A DNA stretch of 61,490 nt, filler included, from Asterionella formosa (GCA_002256025.1; 19 parts of 19 records of this genome joined end to end with filler, not necessarily neighbours in it), one strand, 5' to 3'; positions 22,223 to 34,811 are shown, numbered from the whole stretch's first letter. The notes: generated by a model from the sequence alone, not told the origin. Program-made: numbers and translations.

Positions 22223-22633
22223 TGTTAAAGTATCTAGTACTCTTGAGTAGTATACGTCTATACTTCACTCTCAGCTAGCTATTTCTCGTGATCTACTTCT
22301 AGATCTTTAGTAAACGTCAGAAACTCACTTTCTGCTTTACTTTATTGTGAGCTTTCTACTACTTAGAATAAGCTCCTTCCTAAGATCCATTTTCGATCTT
22401 TCAACTTCTACTTCAATCATCTCGTCATCGTCTTTTCCAAAACAATTCTGTGGTCCCTGGGAGCCACATTTACTATAAGACATAGTTGGAGCATAATCAT
22501 AGTTCGAGTCACTTTTGTGACTCGACTCAAATGATCCCTTCACTATTTGTCACTCTCCCTGATCTCTGGTCCAACAGTCCAGTGTACCGTTTGAGATATT
22601 AGACGCATGTAGATCGTGGATTCTGGTTATGAC
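22223..22633. mobile_element. Probable LTR, truncated by the contig end; same terminus type as 57702-58122
   Basis: CCCAG|TGTTAAAGTAT is identical to the left junction of the solo LTR at 57702. Confidence 0.5.
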
Positions 22634-22794
22634 NNNNNNNNNNNNNNNNNNNNNNNNNNNNNNNNNNNNNNNNNNNNTTAATTAATTAANNNNNNNNNNN
22701 NNNNNNNNNNNNNNNNNNNNNNNNNNNNNNNNNTTCGATTCACAAATAATATTTAAACTAAATGTAATCTAACTAAAAATTGCACTTGTGCCTT

Positions 22795-22905
22795 TGGGGG
22801 ATGGATCAGTTGGTTGGGCACATGGCCTTTGATTTCAAGTTGTGTGATTCAACTCCCGCAATTTTTTTGAAAAGCAATTGTTGGGTTCGATTCCCACACT
22901 CCTCA
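22795..22905 (+). pseudogene. Degenerate tRNA-like / Pol III promoter-like relic (possible SINE head)
   Basis: A-box-like TGGATCAGTTGG (22802), B-box-like GATTCAACTCC 44 nt later, a T7 run, then a second T-arm with perfect GGTTCGATTCC (22884). It does not fold into a full cloverleaf. Confidence 0.35.
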
Positions 22906-25900
22906 CTGTCCTGCGTGGTCTTGCCTGGTGTGCAAGGAAAAGTGGGTTGCCCCCTACAAGTAGTGTAGTCGGAGTTCCCCTGACACTGTGGCAAAGACAA
23001 TCACCTTTCACAAAAGATGGCTGGGGACTTACCTGCACTAACAAAACTATCAGTCATCCAAGGGCAGCACTACTAGTAGTAGAGCATGCTAGGATGAAGC
23101 GCCACTAATGTTAACATATATGTATACATACATCTACAATGCCAATTATTGGTACAGCCACAACATAATTTTTGGGGCAAACTAGCAATTTTTTTAAATT
23201 TCTGGTCAAACAATTTCTTTTGTGCCAGCCACAAATATTGATCCCAACAATCAAGTAATTTCTATAAAAAAATTAGTCAAACAAAATACTATCATTTGTA
23301 AAATAAATGTAAATAAAGTGTGTATGATCTATTTTACTACTAGCAATGCAGCTAATATAAGCTGGCACTAGAACAAAAGCAAGGCAGTAGTATTGCAAAG
23401 CCAAAGGGGCACCATTTCAGCTCCTCTTTATTTACCTCCTTTTGATAACAGCAGCGCTGTCAATTCACAAGATCTTTTGTTGAATCTTGATTAAAACTAT
23501 CAATATACCAAGGCAAGCAATCATGGTAAGTCAGCTGAGCAAAACCAAATGGGGCACCATTCCAGCTTGGCTGATAACAGCAGTACTGCCATTCCGCCAG
23601 CTATTTCAGCAGCAATATACCTAAGCAACAAGCAATCATTGTTTAATGTCTCTGAGAAAAACAGGAGAGAATATTAAAGTGAGTTAGTGTTGCTTTAGAA
23701 ATTACAAATCTATCACCACATCATCAACATCGCATGCATCATTCTTACCTTTATCTCTGTCGATGTACTATCTACACCATAGCATTCGCAGCTCATCACT
23801 GAATAGTATCAAGATCGAGAAGTAGTTTGTTAGTGCAGATAGAGAAAGGCAAAGAAATAAACAGTACCACCGTACCAAGAAAAGCGATGGCAATAAAGGT
23901 TTGAAAAGGGCACCCATTCTTGGATGAATCTTGAATTTTCTTTCATACTAAGAGGCTATAAATTAGAAAGAAGGTTGAGCTGATAGAAGGAGAAGCTTAA
24001 AACGAAGAAAACTTCACATCAAACTTACCATGCAGAGGCCATCATTGTCATTACGAGTTTTCCTTTCAGCATGATTTTACCATTATGTGGTGCAGGAGTG
24101 ATAATGATAACATATATTTAATTAATCAAATATGGGCGTGGTTAATTGTATTCATTTCCTATTACAATATACCAGACTCCTGTAAAATTAAACAGACACA
24201 AAATACTGGCATGGTCTGCAGTGTTGTACAAGTCTAAAATGAGTACCTCCAATTTTACCACCAGCACCCTTCAGCTATCATCATTAATAGATGCATAAGG
24301 AAAATACGTATGGATGTAGTATTCATGTTCAGGGTATGGTACCTAAGATATCCCTCAAAATTGCTGAATACAGTAAGTGAATAATTATTAATTGAGATAA
24401 TGCAATTCTTTTCCACATACAAAACACTACAGTGTAGTCATCATTGTGATCAGCTGGAGCATCCTCAATCATGTCGTCTCAGCCTTGACCATGACAAAAA
24501 TAGCGGAAATCTCTACGAAAATTGAAAGTGACACTTTCCTACTATTTGGTACCTACATCAAGCACAACAAGGCCAATACAATCATAAAACAATTATTGTA
24601 ATAGCACTGAAATTGACAACAAACACTGAAATTGCAAATGGCATATTTTTTCTACATAATTGTTTATAGCTACACAATTCAAAACAATGCTATTTGACAT
24701 TTTCGCTGTAGCTGAGCAATGAATAAGACAACAACTATAAGAATAACATGATTAGTTGAAGCAAAAGATGTTAAAATAGTTACTTACTATCGCTTGAAAA
24801 GCAATTGATTGATTGTACCACTATGCCAACAATTTGCATAGTCGTGGATGCAGGTGTCAGCGCAAACAAATGTGTTGCTCTTTGGCAGTTGATGTCAAAA
24901 ACAAATGTGACAGCGAAAAATAAATAAATAATTGAATCGATAATTGTGACTCCTTATTATATATATTAAGGCTATGCTGGTGAGACCAGCATAATATTGC
25001 CGTGAAGTGACGCAATTTCGCCATGATACTGTTGTGAGGACCGGTAGAGTTCAAATAATTATTTGTTGGTTTGATCACATAATTTTATTCGATAACGGAT
25101 TCTTTCCGGCTAGACTGATTTCAGTCTAATAGACTAGATTCAGTCTGGGTTTTCAATCCCTTGCCCCTAGCTCAATTCAACGGATATATCATTTCTGAAA
25201 AGTTTATCTAAATCTACAGAACTGGATGTTTCTGTAGGTATGCATAGAAAGAAGCCTTAATGGGGGTTTAAAAATTTATAAGTAGTCTGCCTGCCAAAAA
25301 TCTCAAAAAAATCTTTGCAGGATGGCGCGAAAACAAATTTGACAATGGGCAAAGGTGCCGTCGTTTCATGCCTTTCCAAGTTCATTCACCCGTAGCTGTG
25401 GGTCCGAAATCATCATGTGAACATCGCAAAAGACCATAGACTTGAAAGAATGACATTTCGGCAGAGGGAGCTCAAGGAAATCAGAGGTAAGGATGCAATG
25501 GCCATTATGCTCCCACCAGGACTGTAGATGATGTTGATATGACTCAGCTGTATGCTTTCGAAAATCACTTCTAGATAATTTCCGATGGTTTCCAGACACC
25601 TTTTACTATAATGAAGGCGATTATTTACTTGAGGAGGCAGCAGAAGGTGAAGTGATGCCTTCAGAGCTTCTCAAACTTGTCAAGTGTACTATTGGCGCAG
25701 TTCTTGACACTGAGGATATTGCCATCCCAGCTAGATTTGTTGATATTGGAGTTGACAATGCCCCAGCATCTGAAAAGGTTTTTCCACAATGAAGTTGCAA
25801 ACAATTTGTTTGACAATGAGTGAGATATGTCAGGAAGTCGCGACAGGAGCCACCAGTTGAATGGATCAAAGGCAGAGNNNNNNNNNNNNNNNNNNNNNNN

Positions 25901-25977
25901 NNNNNNNNNNNNNNNNNNNNNTTAATTAATTAANNNNNNNNNNNNNNNNNNNNNNNNNNNNNNNNNNNNNNNNNNNN

Positions 25978-26079
25978 GCTGTACTATCGCTAAAACACTC
26001 TAACGACTAGTTAGTCCCCTGTACCGTATGACACGGTACGTTCATCCACGCGCCCACACTGCACTGCAATATTCGTTCA
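25978..26079 (-). mobile_element. Outer end of a Copia LTR (same family as the LTR ending at 30950)
   Basis: About 100 nt nearly identical to 30850-30950, ending ...AATATTCGTTCA. Here it is followed by non-PPT host sequence. Confidence 0.85.
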
Positions 26080-26160
26080 GATAAACCGGTACATGAATAA
26101 AATTCTTACGAAGTCACTCGTTGCTCTCAACTTTCAGCCCTCTCATTACCAAAGTTAACC

Positions 26161-27285
26161 ATGGTTAGCGTTGCCATTGTTCTCACCAGGAAGAATGGAC
26201 GCTTCCAACGTCGGAGCTATCGGAAAAGCCGCTCGTCCTTGTTGTCGGGTCTTACTCTGACCCATATATTTTCAGTTGTATTGCTTCTCGCGATGGTTTC
26301 AATAATTAGGGCTTTGTCGAGCAGCTACTTTTCCACGCCTTTCGTGTGGCGCCCCAAGGACCCTCGAGTGCTTCCCACATCTTGTGAATGTATTCGCTGC
26401 GCCTCAGACGTGGGATGCGGAGGGCTGTGGAATGGAGAAGTACTGCTCAATGCAACGTCCACCGGAAAGTTTGAGAAGATTGCCATTGTTATTTCGCACT
26501 GTCTTCGCCCTTTAGACTGGGTGGCTTCCTTCACAGCAGGCCGCAATATCCACAGTGTTACCATCATTTCAAAGTGCAATCAAACCATTATCGGCGCTCC
26601 CGAAGGCGCAAAGGTTATTATTCTGCCCAATGTCGGACGATGTGATCACTCGTATGCTTATTGGATAAGACACAACTACAGGAACTCTCTTTCCTCTCCT
26701 GATGTAGTTATCTTCCTCAAGGATGAACGCACAGAAGAGAACATTCACCAAGCTGGTGTCTGGACGTCGTTCACGGAGATGTTGCACACTGCCCACGAAC
26801 AAGGCTTTGCTTGTGGGTTGCGACCCACCAACATTGACCGAAATGGTTCTGTCTTTCACTTGTCCGCCTATCATGACACGGCTGCGCTGGGGGCATTCTA
26901 TAAAAAAGAGTATTCTCACCACGCTGACATTTATGTTGGCCACGCAAAAGATCCCTTTCCGTCCATCTATCCCGACTTGGCTGCTTGGTCCAAGGCAATG
27001 AGATTTCCGCTCCCTAAAGATCTGATGCAGGCTTGCTACGGTGGAACCTTTGCTGTCGCAATGACTTCTATCCGAGCCCAAGAAGAAGGGGTTTGGATTA
27101 ATTTGCTGGAAAGTCTTTCACGTGGAGATAACATCGAGGAGGGGCATTTTGCGGAACGATGCTGGGCTGGTCTACTAGCCATTCCTCCCACTCCGTTTGA
27201 GATTTCACAGCTTAGGAAATATAGTTGCTGTGTGGCAAACTATACAGACTCATATGTAGGTACCCTGAAAAAGGAAGGATTTTAA
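26161..27285 (+). CDS. Type II membrane protein, DUF3431-like (putative glycan-modifying)
   Basis: N-terminal TM anchor, LPNVGRCDHSYAYWI, VIFLKD, CYGG.FAV and GHFAERCWAGLL. Intronless, 374 aa. Confidence 0.72.
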   Translation: MVSVAIVLTRKNGRFQRRSYRKSRSSLLSGLTLTHIFSVVLLLAMVSIIRALSSSYFSTPFVWRPKDPRVLPTSCECIRCASDVGCGGLWNGEVLLNATSTGKFEKIAIVISHCLRPLDWVASFTAGRNIHSVTIISKCNQTIIGAPEGAKVIILPNVGRCDHSYAYWIRHNYRNSLSSPDVVIFLKDERTEENIHQAGVWTSFTEMLHTAHEQGFACGLRPTNIDRNGSVFHLSAYHDTAALGAFYKKEYSHHADIYVGHAKDPFPSIYPDLAAWSKAMRFPLPKDLMQACYGGTFAVAMTSIRAQEEGVWINLLESLSRGDNIEEGHFAERCWAGLLAIPPTPFEISQLRKYSCCVANYTDSYVGTLKKEGF

Positions 27286-27395
27286 TTTCGTTACGACTTT
27301 ACCAACAGTTTTTAAAGTTTAGGAGCAAAGTTACAGCTTCATTCCTATTGTTAATTGGAATTAGATGTCTTAAAATTTGTAAATCCTCACCTTCC

Positions 27396-28895
27396 TGATG
27401 TCAATAGGAAAACGATTTACATCTAGTAATTTAAAATCAAAATTATATTTGGTAACCCATACTTGTTCATCATGTCATGTCGGATTGGGTGATATCTGAG
27501 ACATCCTCCATTAGTCTGGGTGATGGGTTAGATTGTTCCATCATTGCACTTGAAGTTGGCCTTGCCTGTGCATATCCAAATCGACATCGCTGTGTGAAGT
27601 CCGACATAGTGACTTGCTTAGATAAAGGGTAAAAGGTAAAGCTATATTAAAAGGATTAATTGTTAAAAGAGTGAGTGAGATTGAGCACTCACTTCATGCT
27701 TTTGCTATCGCTAACTAACAGACACTTTCACTCTATTGCCAATGCCTGCATGCTAAAACAACTAGTCACCGCTGCACCACACTGCTACGTATTGCTATGT
27801 ACTTCACGCCAACCTTAATTGTTCAGTCCCCTTGAGCAATATGAAGGAGACCAAGATATTGCTCGCCACAAATCTATGACCTGGTTTTCAAAGCCACATG
27901 TCTTGAATGTCCAGGAAGTAGCCAAGCATCTCATGACGCTTGATGACCCTAGGCTGTGTTCAATCTCAATACATGAATCAATAACATAAAAAATCTTTGG
28001 TTGCTTGTCCCTGTGGCTTAGTCAGCAACACATCGGCCAAATTTGTCTTCCCATCCTCTTTTGTCACTCTGATTGTGCCTGCTGCTACTGCCTCTCTTGA
28101 ACAATGATAAGCAATTATATTGTGTTTCTTCTTTAGGGTAGATTCCGGGAAAAAAGTATTCTTGGTTTTTGCATCATTGTCAAAAAGACGTTGGTTGGCC
28201 CTTCTATTGGTATTCCAAACATTCTAAGCTTGTAGCGCAGAGCCTCCACTAACTCCACAGAGATCTTCATTGCAACAAACTCACTTCCAAACATTGATGT
28301 CTTGGACCGTATTTTGATGTTTGCTATACCACACTACTGGTGCCCTGTTAACAAAGAGTAGGATACCGGTTTGTGAGCGCCTTGTTACACAATTACCTGC
28401 ATGGTCAGCATCAACAAAACAATGTCTTGACACCATTTTTCCACAGGCTTCTGGCATGTCCCCTGGAATTGACTCTTTTGCCCCTCGATAAAAATCATGC
28501 CAATCTCGATTGTACTGGGGGTCAAAAGCCAATGTTCGCTTAGGACTTGCTTTCAAGAATCCGAAGATATGATAAACCAGTTGAAGATGTCCCTCTTGAG
28601 ATAATGCAAGGTGAGAAGACAGCATTGACACTTCCATTGCAATATCAATCCTACCAAGTTCTATCACCCACCGCCAGACTCCAATCATCCTCTCTTGATA
28701 ATAGCGGATGCCTTCTAATTTTAGCTCCGCTGTTGTGTCCAGCTCCAGTTGACAATTGGCTTGAATAGGTGTGGTGCATTGGGATGGTAATCTCTGACCG
28801 CTTGACTCCAATGCTGTTTCAACATTTGCTATGGATGCTTTAACGTTTTCCTCCAATGACATTGTCCAGCATTCCATTCCATTGATGATCTTTTG
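27396..28895 (-). mobile_element. Decayed Copia RT/RNase H with PPT and 3' LTR
   Basis: IELGRIDI..EVSMLS, FVDADHAGN.VTRRSQTG, WYSK.QNTV, with frameshifts downstream. The PPT/LTR junction GTTCA|GTCCCCT lies near 27825. Left LTR boundary approximate. Confidence 0.85.
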
Positions 28896-28962
28896 TGTAC
28901 TGTATAGAGGGGGGGAAGGGCTTGCATGCATGAGCAACTACTCCGGTATAAACTACCATATA

Positions 28963-29044
28963 CTTCATTGTCCTGGACCCCCCAATGTACACTGCCGTGA
29001 CTGAATTTGACTGATTTTACTTAAGGGGGTCCAGGACAATGAAG
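28963..29044. repeat. Perfect 20-bp inverted repeat with 42-bp spacer
   Basis: CTTCATTGTCCTGGACCCCC (28963-28982) and GGGGGTCCAGGACAATGAAG (29025-29044). Confidence 0.95.
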
Positions 29045-29221
29045 AGATTTCCCTTATACTAGTCCTAAGTTAATTTTATTAGTTCTACAGGATGGCGCGC
29101 ATTTTTCTAATATTTATTAATNNNNNNNNNNNNNNNNNNNNNNNNNNNNNNNNNNNNNNNNNNNNTTAATTAATTAANNNNNNNNNNNNNNNNNNNNNNN
29201 NNNNNNNNNNNNNNNNNNNNN

Positions 29222-30363
29222 ATGAAGGGGCAATTAAGAAAATTTGTCGGTATCTAAAGGAACAGCAACCGAAGGGATCGTATTTACACCATCCAAGGAA
29301 TTCGCAATTGATTGCTATGTGGATTCAGACTTTGCAGGATTATATGGTAGTGAAGATTCACATGTTCCAGTTTGTGCTAAGTCAAGGACAGGGTACGTCA
29401 TAACGTTAGCTGGATGTCCTCTACTATGGGTATCCAAACTACAGACCACTATCGCCCTATCTACTATGGAAGCTGAGTACCAGGCCTTGTCAGCAAGTTG
29501 TCGGGATCTTATTCCATTAAGACAAATTTGCAAGGAGGCATCTGAAGCTCTAGAGATTACTGAGCGGTTCATAGTACGGTCACATTCAAAGATATACGAA
29601 GACAATAGTGCATGTTTGTCTCAAGCAACAATGCCGAAAATGACGCCGCGTACAAAACATATTGCAGTGGCATATCATTGGTTTAGAGAGTACGTGTCAT
29701 CAGGTGATATTGAAATCTTAAAGATTGAAACTACGAAACAACTTGGGGACATTTTCACAAAGGGTTTAGTAGCAGAGAAATTTACAGCAATACGCAAGTT
29801 ACTATGTGGATGGTAGCTACATGCTTTTGCTGAGAGGGAGAGTTGAAACACATAGAGATTCCTGATTCCTGATCAGGTTATGAGTGTCAATATATTTTCG
29901 TCTCTAGTGACCTGATTAGGAACATGTACCACAATCCACTAGATGATTGATTCAAGATCACATGGTTAAATATCGCGTGTAAAATGCCACAGTTGAGAGA
30001 GGAACTTTCAGGAGAAGTTCTCTCTAACCTGTTAATTGGACTCTAGAAGACGATCAGACCTAGAAGCCAAATCAATAAATGATTGACTAGACAATTACAG
30101 ATATGTCCGCAACATCAAGGAACATTAAAGAAGCAAACTAGATATGATCTAGTTATGATTAACAGGATCATTCTGTAAGCAGTCTTCGATCAAACAGCAT
30201 CTGGCCTAAGTTGAGACAGGCCAAGATGAAGACAAATGTGTATTTAGGAAGAGGATGTAGTTTATTCTCAGTTCAAGTTGGGAACACAAATGAACCTCGC
30301 CTCCGAAGATCACCTCTATTTTGAAACATGCATGAGCTTGGAAGTTCCAAAATTATACATTCA
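29222..30363 (+). mobile_element. Copia (CoDi-type) RNase H, PPT and 3' LTR
   Basis: DCYVDSDFAGL, SRTGY, WVSKLQT.IALSTMEAEY, EDN, RTKHI and DIFTK, ending at 29816. PPT GAGAGGGAGAG, LTR from about 29844. Right boundary approximate. Confidence 0.9.
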
Positions 30364-30643
30364 AATTTACATTTACATTAAGCTCACTCTTTTATAAAAA
30401 CAATTATTAGCAAGCAAAGTAAAACAAACAAATTGTGTAGAAACATTTTTTCTAGCAAATTTTACTGCGTGAGAGCTACAGATACGTAGCATCTACCAAC
30501 TGCATAATAGCATTCGTATTAATATACCGGTATATAGGAATAATATATTATAATACTGAGTAATATATTAGTAGTTTGTAATTTGACTGTATTCCTATCC
30601 CGGCATTTAGTCCAAGTTAGTATGATAGTCTAATAATGTGCGA

Positions 30644-32362
30644 TGATGCTGAGGTGCTGCCAAAATATTTACCTAGAGAGAGTAAATAATAGAGTACAGT
30701 GTATTACTCCTAGCGAATAAATATGCTAGTGTGGTCGGCAGAACAACTAACATGGTGCACAAGGAAAGAAAGATAAAGGTTGAAAAACATGGTCTTAAAG
30801 ATATATATACCTACGCCGTTTTAGGGCAGTCACTGCTCCAAGCTTGCACGCTGTACTATCGCTAAAGCACTCTAACGGTAGTTAGTACCCTGTACCGTAT
30901 GACACGGTACGTTCACCCACGCGCCCACACTGCACTGCAATATTCGTTCAGTCCCCTCGAATACATGGGAGGTGAAACTAAACAAATATATCACTAAACA
31001 TCGACCTGGATTAGGTGCCACACGTCATTGCGTGCCCAGGAGGTAACTGGTGTCATAGGTTATGACATCGCGATGAACCTTGGCTTCAATCTTCGACCCA
31101 CTGTGATCCAACAGCCATCAATACATGAACTTGTCGCACAAATACTCTCGTGTAATTTGGGGTAATGGCTTCGTCAGCACATCAGCCAAATTAGTCTTTC
31201 CATCTTCCTTTGTTACCCGAATCATCCTTGCCGCCACAGCTTCTCTCGCTCTGTGATACGCTATCGCATTATGTTTCTTTTTCAAAGTCGATTCTGGATG
31301 AATTGTGTTCTTCGTCACCGCCTCGTTGTCGCAGAAAACGTTAGTCGGTCCATCGATTGGGATTCCAAACATTCTCAGCTTATACCTCAATGCCTTGATC
31401 AGTTCGACCGAGATCTTCAAAGCCACAAATTCGCTACCAAACATCGATGGCTTGACAGTGTTCTGTCGCTTACTGTACCATATAGTTGGAGCCCGATTCT
31501 CAAAAATCAATATCCCGGTCTGCGAGCGCCTCGTCACCCGATTCCCTGCATGATCCGCATCCACAAAACAGTGAGTAGTTACAACGTTACCTCTGGGCTC
31601 GGGTGCATCCCCTGGAATAGACTCCTGCGCTCCCCTGTAAAAGTCGTGCCAATCGCCCCCTGTAGAAGTCGTGCCAATCGCATTTAACAAACCTGGCCTC
31701 GTTTATATCGGGGTGTGTCGGATCAAAGATCAACGTCCTCTTGGGTTTCGCTTTCAAATATCCGAACATGTGATATACCTGCTGTATGTGTCCGCTTTTC
31801 AGCAACGCTAGGTGAGTAGATAACATAGAAACTTCCATAGCAATGTCTATTCGTCCAAGCTCCACTGCCCAGCGGAGCACGCCGATCAATTCCTGGTAGT
31901 ATCTCACGCCTTCAATCTTGAGTTTGGCAGAGGTATCCAGTTACGGTCTATAATGCCCCTGCAACGGGGTAGTGCACCTCGTTGGAAGCCGCTAACCCGA
32001 CTCGTCGAGTTTGAACTCTATGTTGGCGATGGCCGCCTTGACATACTGCTCTGAAGTCATGGCCCAACATTCAACTCCGCCGACTATTTTCTGCATTACC
32101 TGGGCTCCCAGTTAATTTTCCGGCTTCTCGACTTTATCGTCCTTCAATTTGAAGGTCGACTGTATCCCGCTCATAGTCGCTCTAGGCTGCGCTGAAATGC
32201 AAAGAATGTCATCAACATATACAAGAATCATTTCATAGTACTCAAACCCATCCGGTTTTACCACCGGTCGAATCCATACATCAGGGTCCCCTTTTGTGGG
32301 CAAGTAACCCAAATCATGGAGGGTTTATGCGAGATGCGCTCTGAATGCTGCACCGCTAGATT
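30644..32362 (-). mobile_element. Copia RT-RNase H pseudogene with PPT and 3' LTR, tail-to-tail with the previous element
   Basis: YVDD (ILVYVDDIL), VELGRIDI, FVDADHAG and ADVLTK. Several in-frame stops and a 25-bp tandem duplication at 31631-31680 that shifts the frame. PPT GAGGGGAC then LTR TGAACG starting at 30950 (minus strand). Left LTR boundary approximate. Confidence 0.92.
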
Positions 32363-32796
32363 NNNNNNNNNNNNNNNNNNNNNNNNNNNNNNNNNNNNNN
32401 NNNNNNTTAATTAATTAANNNNNNNNNNNNNNNNNNNNNNNNNNNNNNNNNNNNNNNNNNNNTACGTGTATCCCGGTATGTTATCATTGCGATCTGGTCG
32501 GATCATCATCATCTCACTTTTATAAAAAAATATTCATATACTTATATCATATTTCTTCGGAATATACAATGTCTCGTTGTTGCTTGCTGGGTTGTTTGTT
32601 TTTGTGGAGGAGCTGTTGTGGACCAACCTTACGTAACTCTTACAGCTTCTTATTGAACTTGTAGAGTGGTTGTGTGTGCTACATATACATTGATAAACTT
32701 ATTTATTATATACGGTATCCTAAGGCGATCAAACCACCGAGTAGTCTACTGAGAAAGAAGGGAGGAAGGGAGGAACAAAAGAACGAAGAATCGAAC

Positions 32797-33525
32797 ATGA
32801 TACGACAAGGAATAGTTCGACTACGACTTTCAAATTCTTCCAAACATATTCATCCAGCTCGACGCTCGATGGCACGAAGCAGTGAATTTACAATTGAAAC
32901 TCCAGTGCAAAAGGCAATGACTTTTTTAATCGCAATGGGCCATGACAACCGAATTGCCAAGGGAGTTGTGGATGCGTTGAGTCAAAACGGCATGTCAGGG
33001 TCGACATTACTAAGTACCATCCGAGACATGGCAGGTCGGCCGGAAGTTGGCCAAGACAATGGATTAGAGGCACTCATTGCCAGTGTGGAACAAGAATTGG
33101 CACGAACTGAAGGCAAGGCCAAAGTAGAATTTTGGTGTTGCACTACTGACGATGGAGATCACTCTGCAAGCGGTGGAATGCCGAAATCTGCATTTCGTGT
33201 GGAAGCCATGGAGGGAATGAGCGTGACAGATGTTGCCAAATTTGGAGATGGGGAGGGTGCCAATGTCCTTGGGGAGCTTTTGGAATGCGCCTGTAGTGGG
33301 ATTATGGCGTGTTCTACATGTCATGTCATTGTTGACGATGCATGGTTCAAGCTAGTGGGACCGCCCTCTGAGGCCGAACAAGATATGTTAGATCTAGCAT
33401 ATGAACCAACAAGCACGTCGCGGCTGGGATGTCAGATTGTACTATGCAAAGAGCTAGATGGCCTACGACTTCAATTACCCAAGAGGGCAAACAATCTCAT
33501 GGATTTTATCCCTTTCGAAGATTAG
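32797..33525 (+). CDS. Adrenodoxin-type 2Fe-2S ferredoxin, probably mitochondrial, with an extra N-terminal helical region
   Basis: ECACSGIMACSTCHV, E.DMLDLA and SRLGCQ. Arg/Ser-rich presequence from ATG 32797 (MIRQGIVRLRLS). Confidence 0.9.
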   Translation: MIRQGIVRLRLSNSSKHIHPARRSMARSSEFTIETPVQKAMTFLIAMGHDNRIAKGVVDALSQNGMSGSTLLSTIRDMAGRPEVGQDNGLEALIASVEQELARTEGKAKVEFWCCTTDDGDHSASGGMPKSAFRVEAMEGMSVTDVAKFGDGEGANVLGELLECACSGIMACSTCHVIVDDAWFKLVGPPSEAEQDMLDLAYEPTSTSRLGCQIVLCKELDGLRLQLPKRANNLMDFIPFED

Positions 33526-33674
33526 TGTATAAGTGATGCATTGTTTAAATGTGATGGCCTCGCTCGAATGGACACGATTGTACTATGTACTGTAACCATT
33601 TTTAAATCACAATGTGTATGTGTTTCGCAACATGATCATGACTCACGTAGAGTTTATTATTAGTATTATAAAAA

Positions 33675-34811
33675 TTAGCGTGTACCGACATACATTTGTA
33701 GCTGTGCTCGTTCCCATGCTTGATACTCATCTTCCGTCATACGTTCTGTATGCGTTTCATCGATCTCTGCCAATGTCATTGGTGTTCCTTGTACTGCCAC
33801 CATGGTTTGCGAAAAATACAAATGAAATGCCACAGAATTTGGATTCCCATACTCATGCCATGATAGGTGGTGATTACAGAAGGAACCTTCATTGTATGGA
33901 TGGACCTTCCATTCAATCCCGCATATTGTGGTCGTCTGTTGGAAGAACTCACGTTCAAGGTGTGGTTTACGCCACCGAACAGCTAGTAGAATTGTACCCC
34001 CCTGAAGGACCAAAGTAGAATGAATGGTTTCCACCAATGCAGGAATCGAATCCACATTGTACAAGACATCAGATGCCAATAACAGATCAAAGGAATGTGG
34101 TAGTATGTTGTTTTTGTTGTTGTTTCCCCACTTGAGTACTTGACATTCAATCCTGGCAGAATTATTCAGATGGCCATGAGCTGTTGTATTTTGGGCCACA
34201 TTCCATTCCAGTAATGGTAGTGCCACGTCGGTGAGGACCAACGTGAACGTATCATTATTTCTGTTTCTAGAATCTGCAGCATAATGATAATATGCCAATC
34301 CAACAAGTCCTAACCCCGATCCCAATTCAAGAATTCGTTTTGGTTGAAGTATTTGCAATGTAGAAATAAGTTGTTCCATGTCCTGCGCCATGGCAAGACC
34401 GGCTGGCCATGCCATGGCGTGTGTTCCATCGTTGTCGTTGTCGTTCGAGTCCAAGTCCAAGTCGTTGGCTTTTGTACTAGTTGTAGCAGCAGCGGTGATG
34501 GTTGTTGCCAACGTCAAGATGGTCCCATTGGTCAAAGGAACAGTAATGATACCTTCCTGTTCTGCTGTAGCTGTAGTCCTTGTCTCGTAATCACTGAGAT
34601 TCACATCCGTTTCATCCTCGTCATTGTCATTGTCATCATTCTCATCCTCGTCCTCATCGCCTGAAGTGGATGCCACCTGAATCTGAAATGTATCGCCAGC
34701 GACACTACCATGAGGAACTGGAAACTCCAATTCGACACCGTCCAATATAAATGTCAACGTATCGCCGGGATCTGCACCTGTTGGGATTTGGACTGTGATG
34801 GTTCTAGCCAT
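33675..34811 (-). CDS. Family-16 (METTL21-like) SAM-dependent protein-lysine methyltransferase
   Basis: WPAG, ILELGSGLGLVG, LTD, LKWG and LLASDVLY motifs. N-terminal VxIPxGxxPG repeat domain and an acidic linker. Confidence 0.88.
   Translation of the reverse strand: MARTITVQIPTGADPGDTLTFILDGVELEFPVPHGSVAGDTFQIQVASTSGDEDEDENDDNDNDEDETDVNLSDYETRTTATAEQEGIITVPLTNGTILTLATTITAAATTSTKANDLDLDSNDNDNDGTHAMAWPAGLAMAQDMEQLISTLQILQPKRILELGSGLGLVGLAYYHYAADSRNRNNDTFTLVLTDVALPLLEWNVAQNTTAHGHLNNSARIECQVLKWGNNNKNNILPHSFDLLLASDVLYNVDSIPALVETIHSTLVLQGGTILLAVRWRKPHLEREFFQQTTTICGIEWKVHPYNEGSFCNHHLSWHEYGNPNSVAFHLYFSQTMVAVQGTPMTLAEIDETHTERMTEDEYQAWERAQLQMYVGTR

Noticed and set aside
22795..22870. Functional tRNA gene
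   Set aside because: The acceptor and anticodon stems do not pair; kept only as a relic.
25978..27825. DUF3431-like gene captured inside an LTR retrotransposon
   Set aside because: The flanking LTRs differ in sequence, and their orientation places the gene between two elements, not within one.
32674..32796. Longer ferredoxin N-terminus from the ORF track
   Set aside because: It starts at GTG in UTR-like sequence; ATG 32797 gives a typical mitochondrial presequence.
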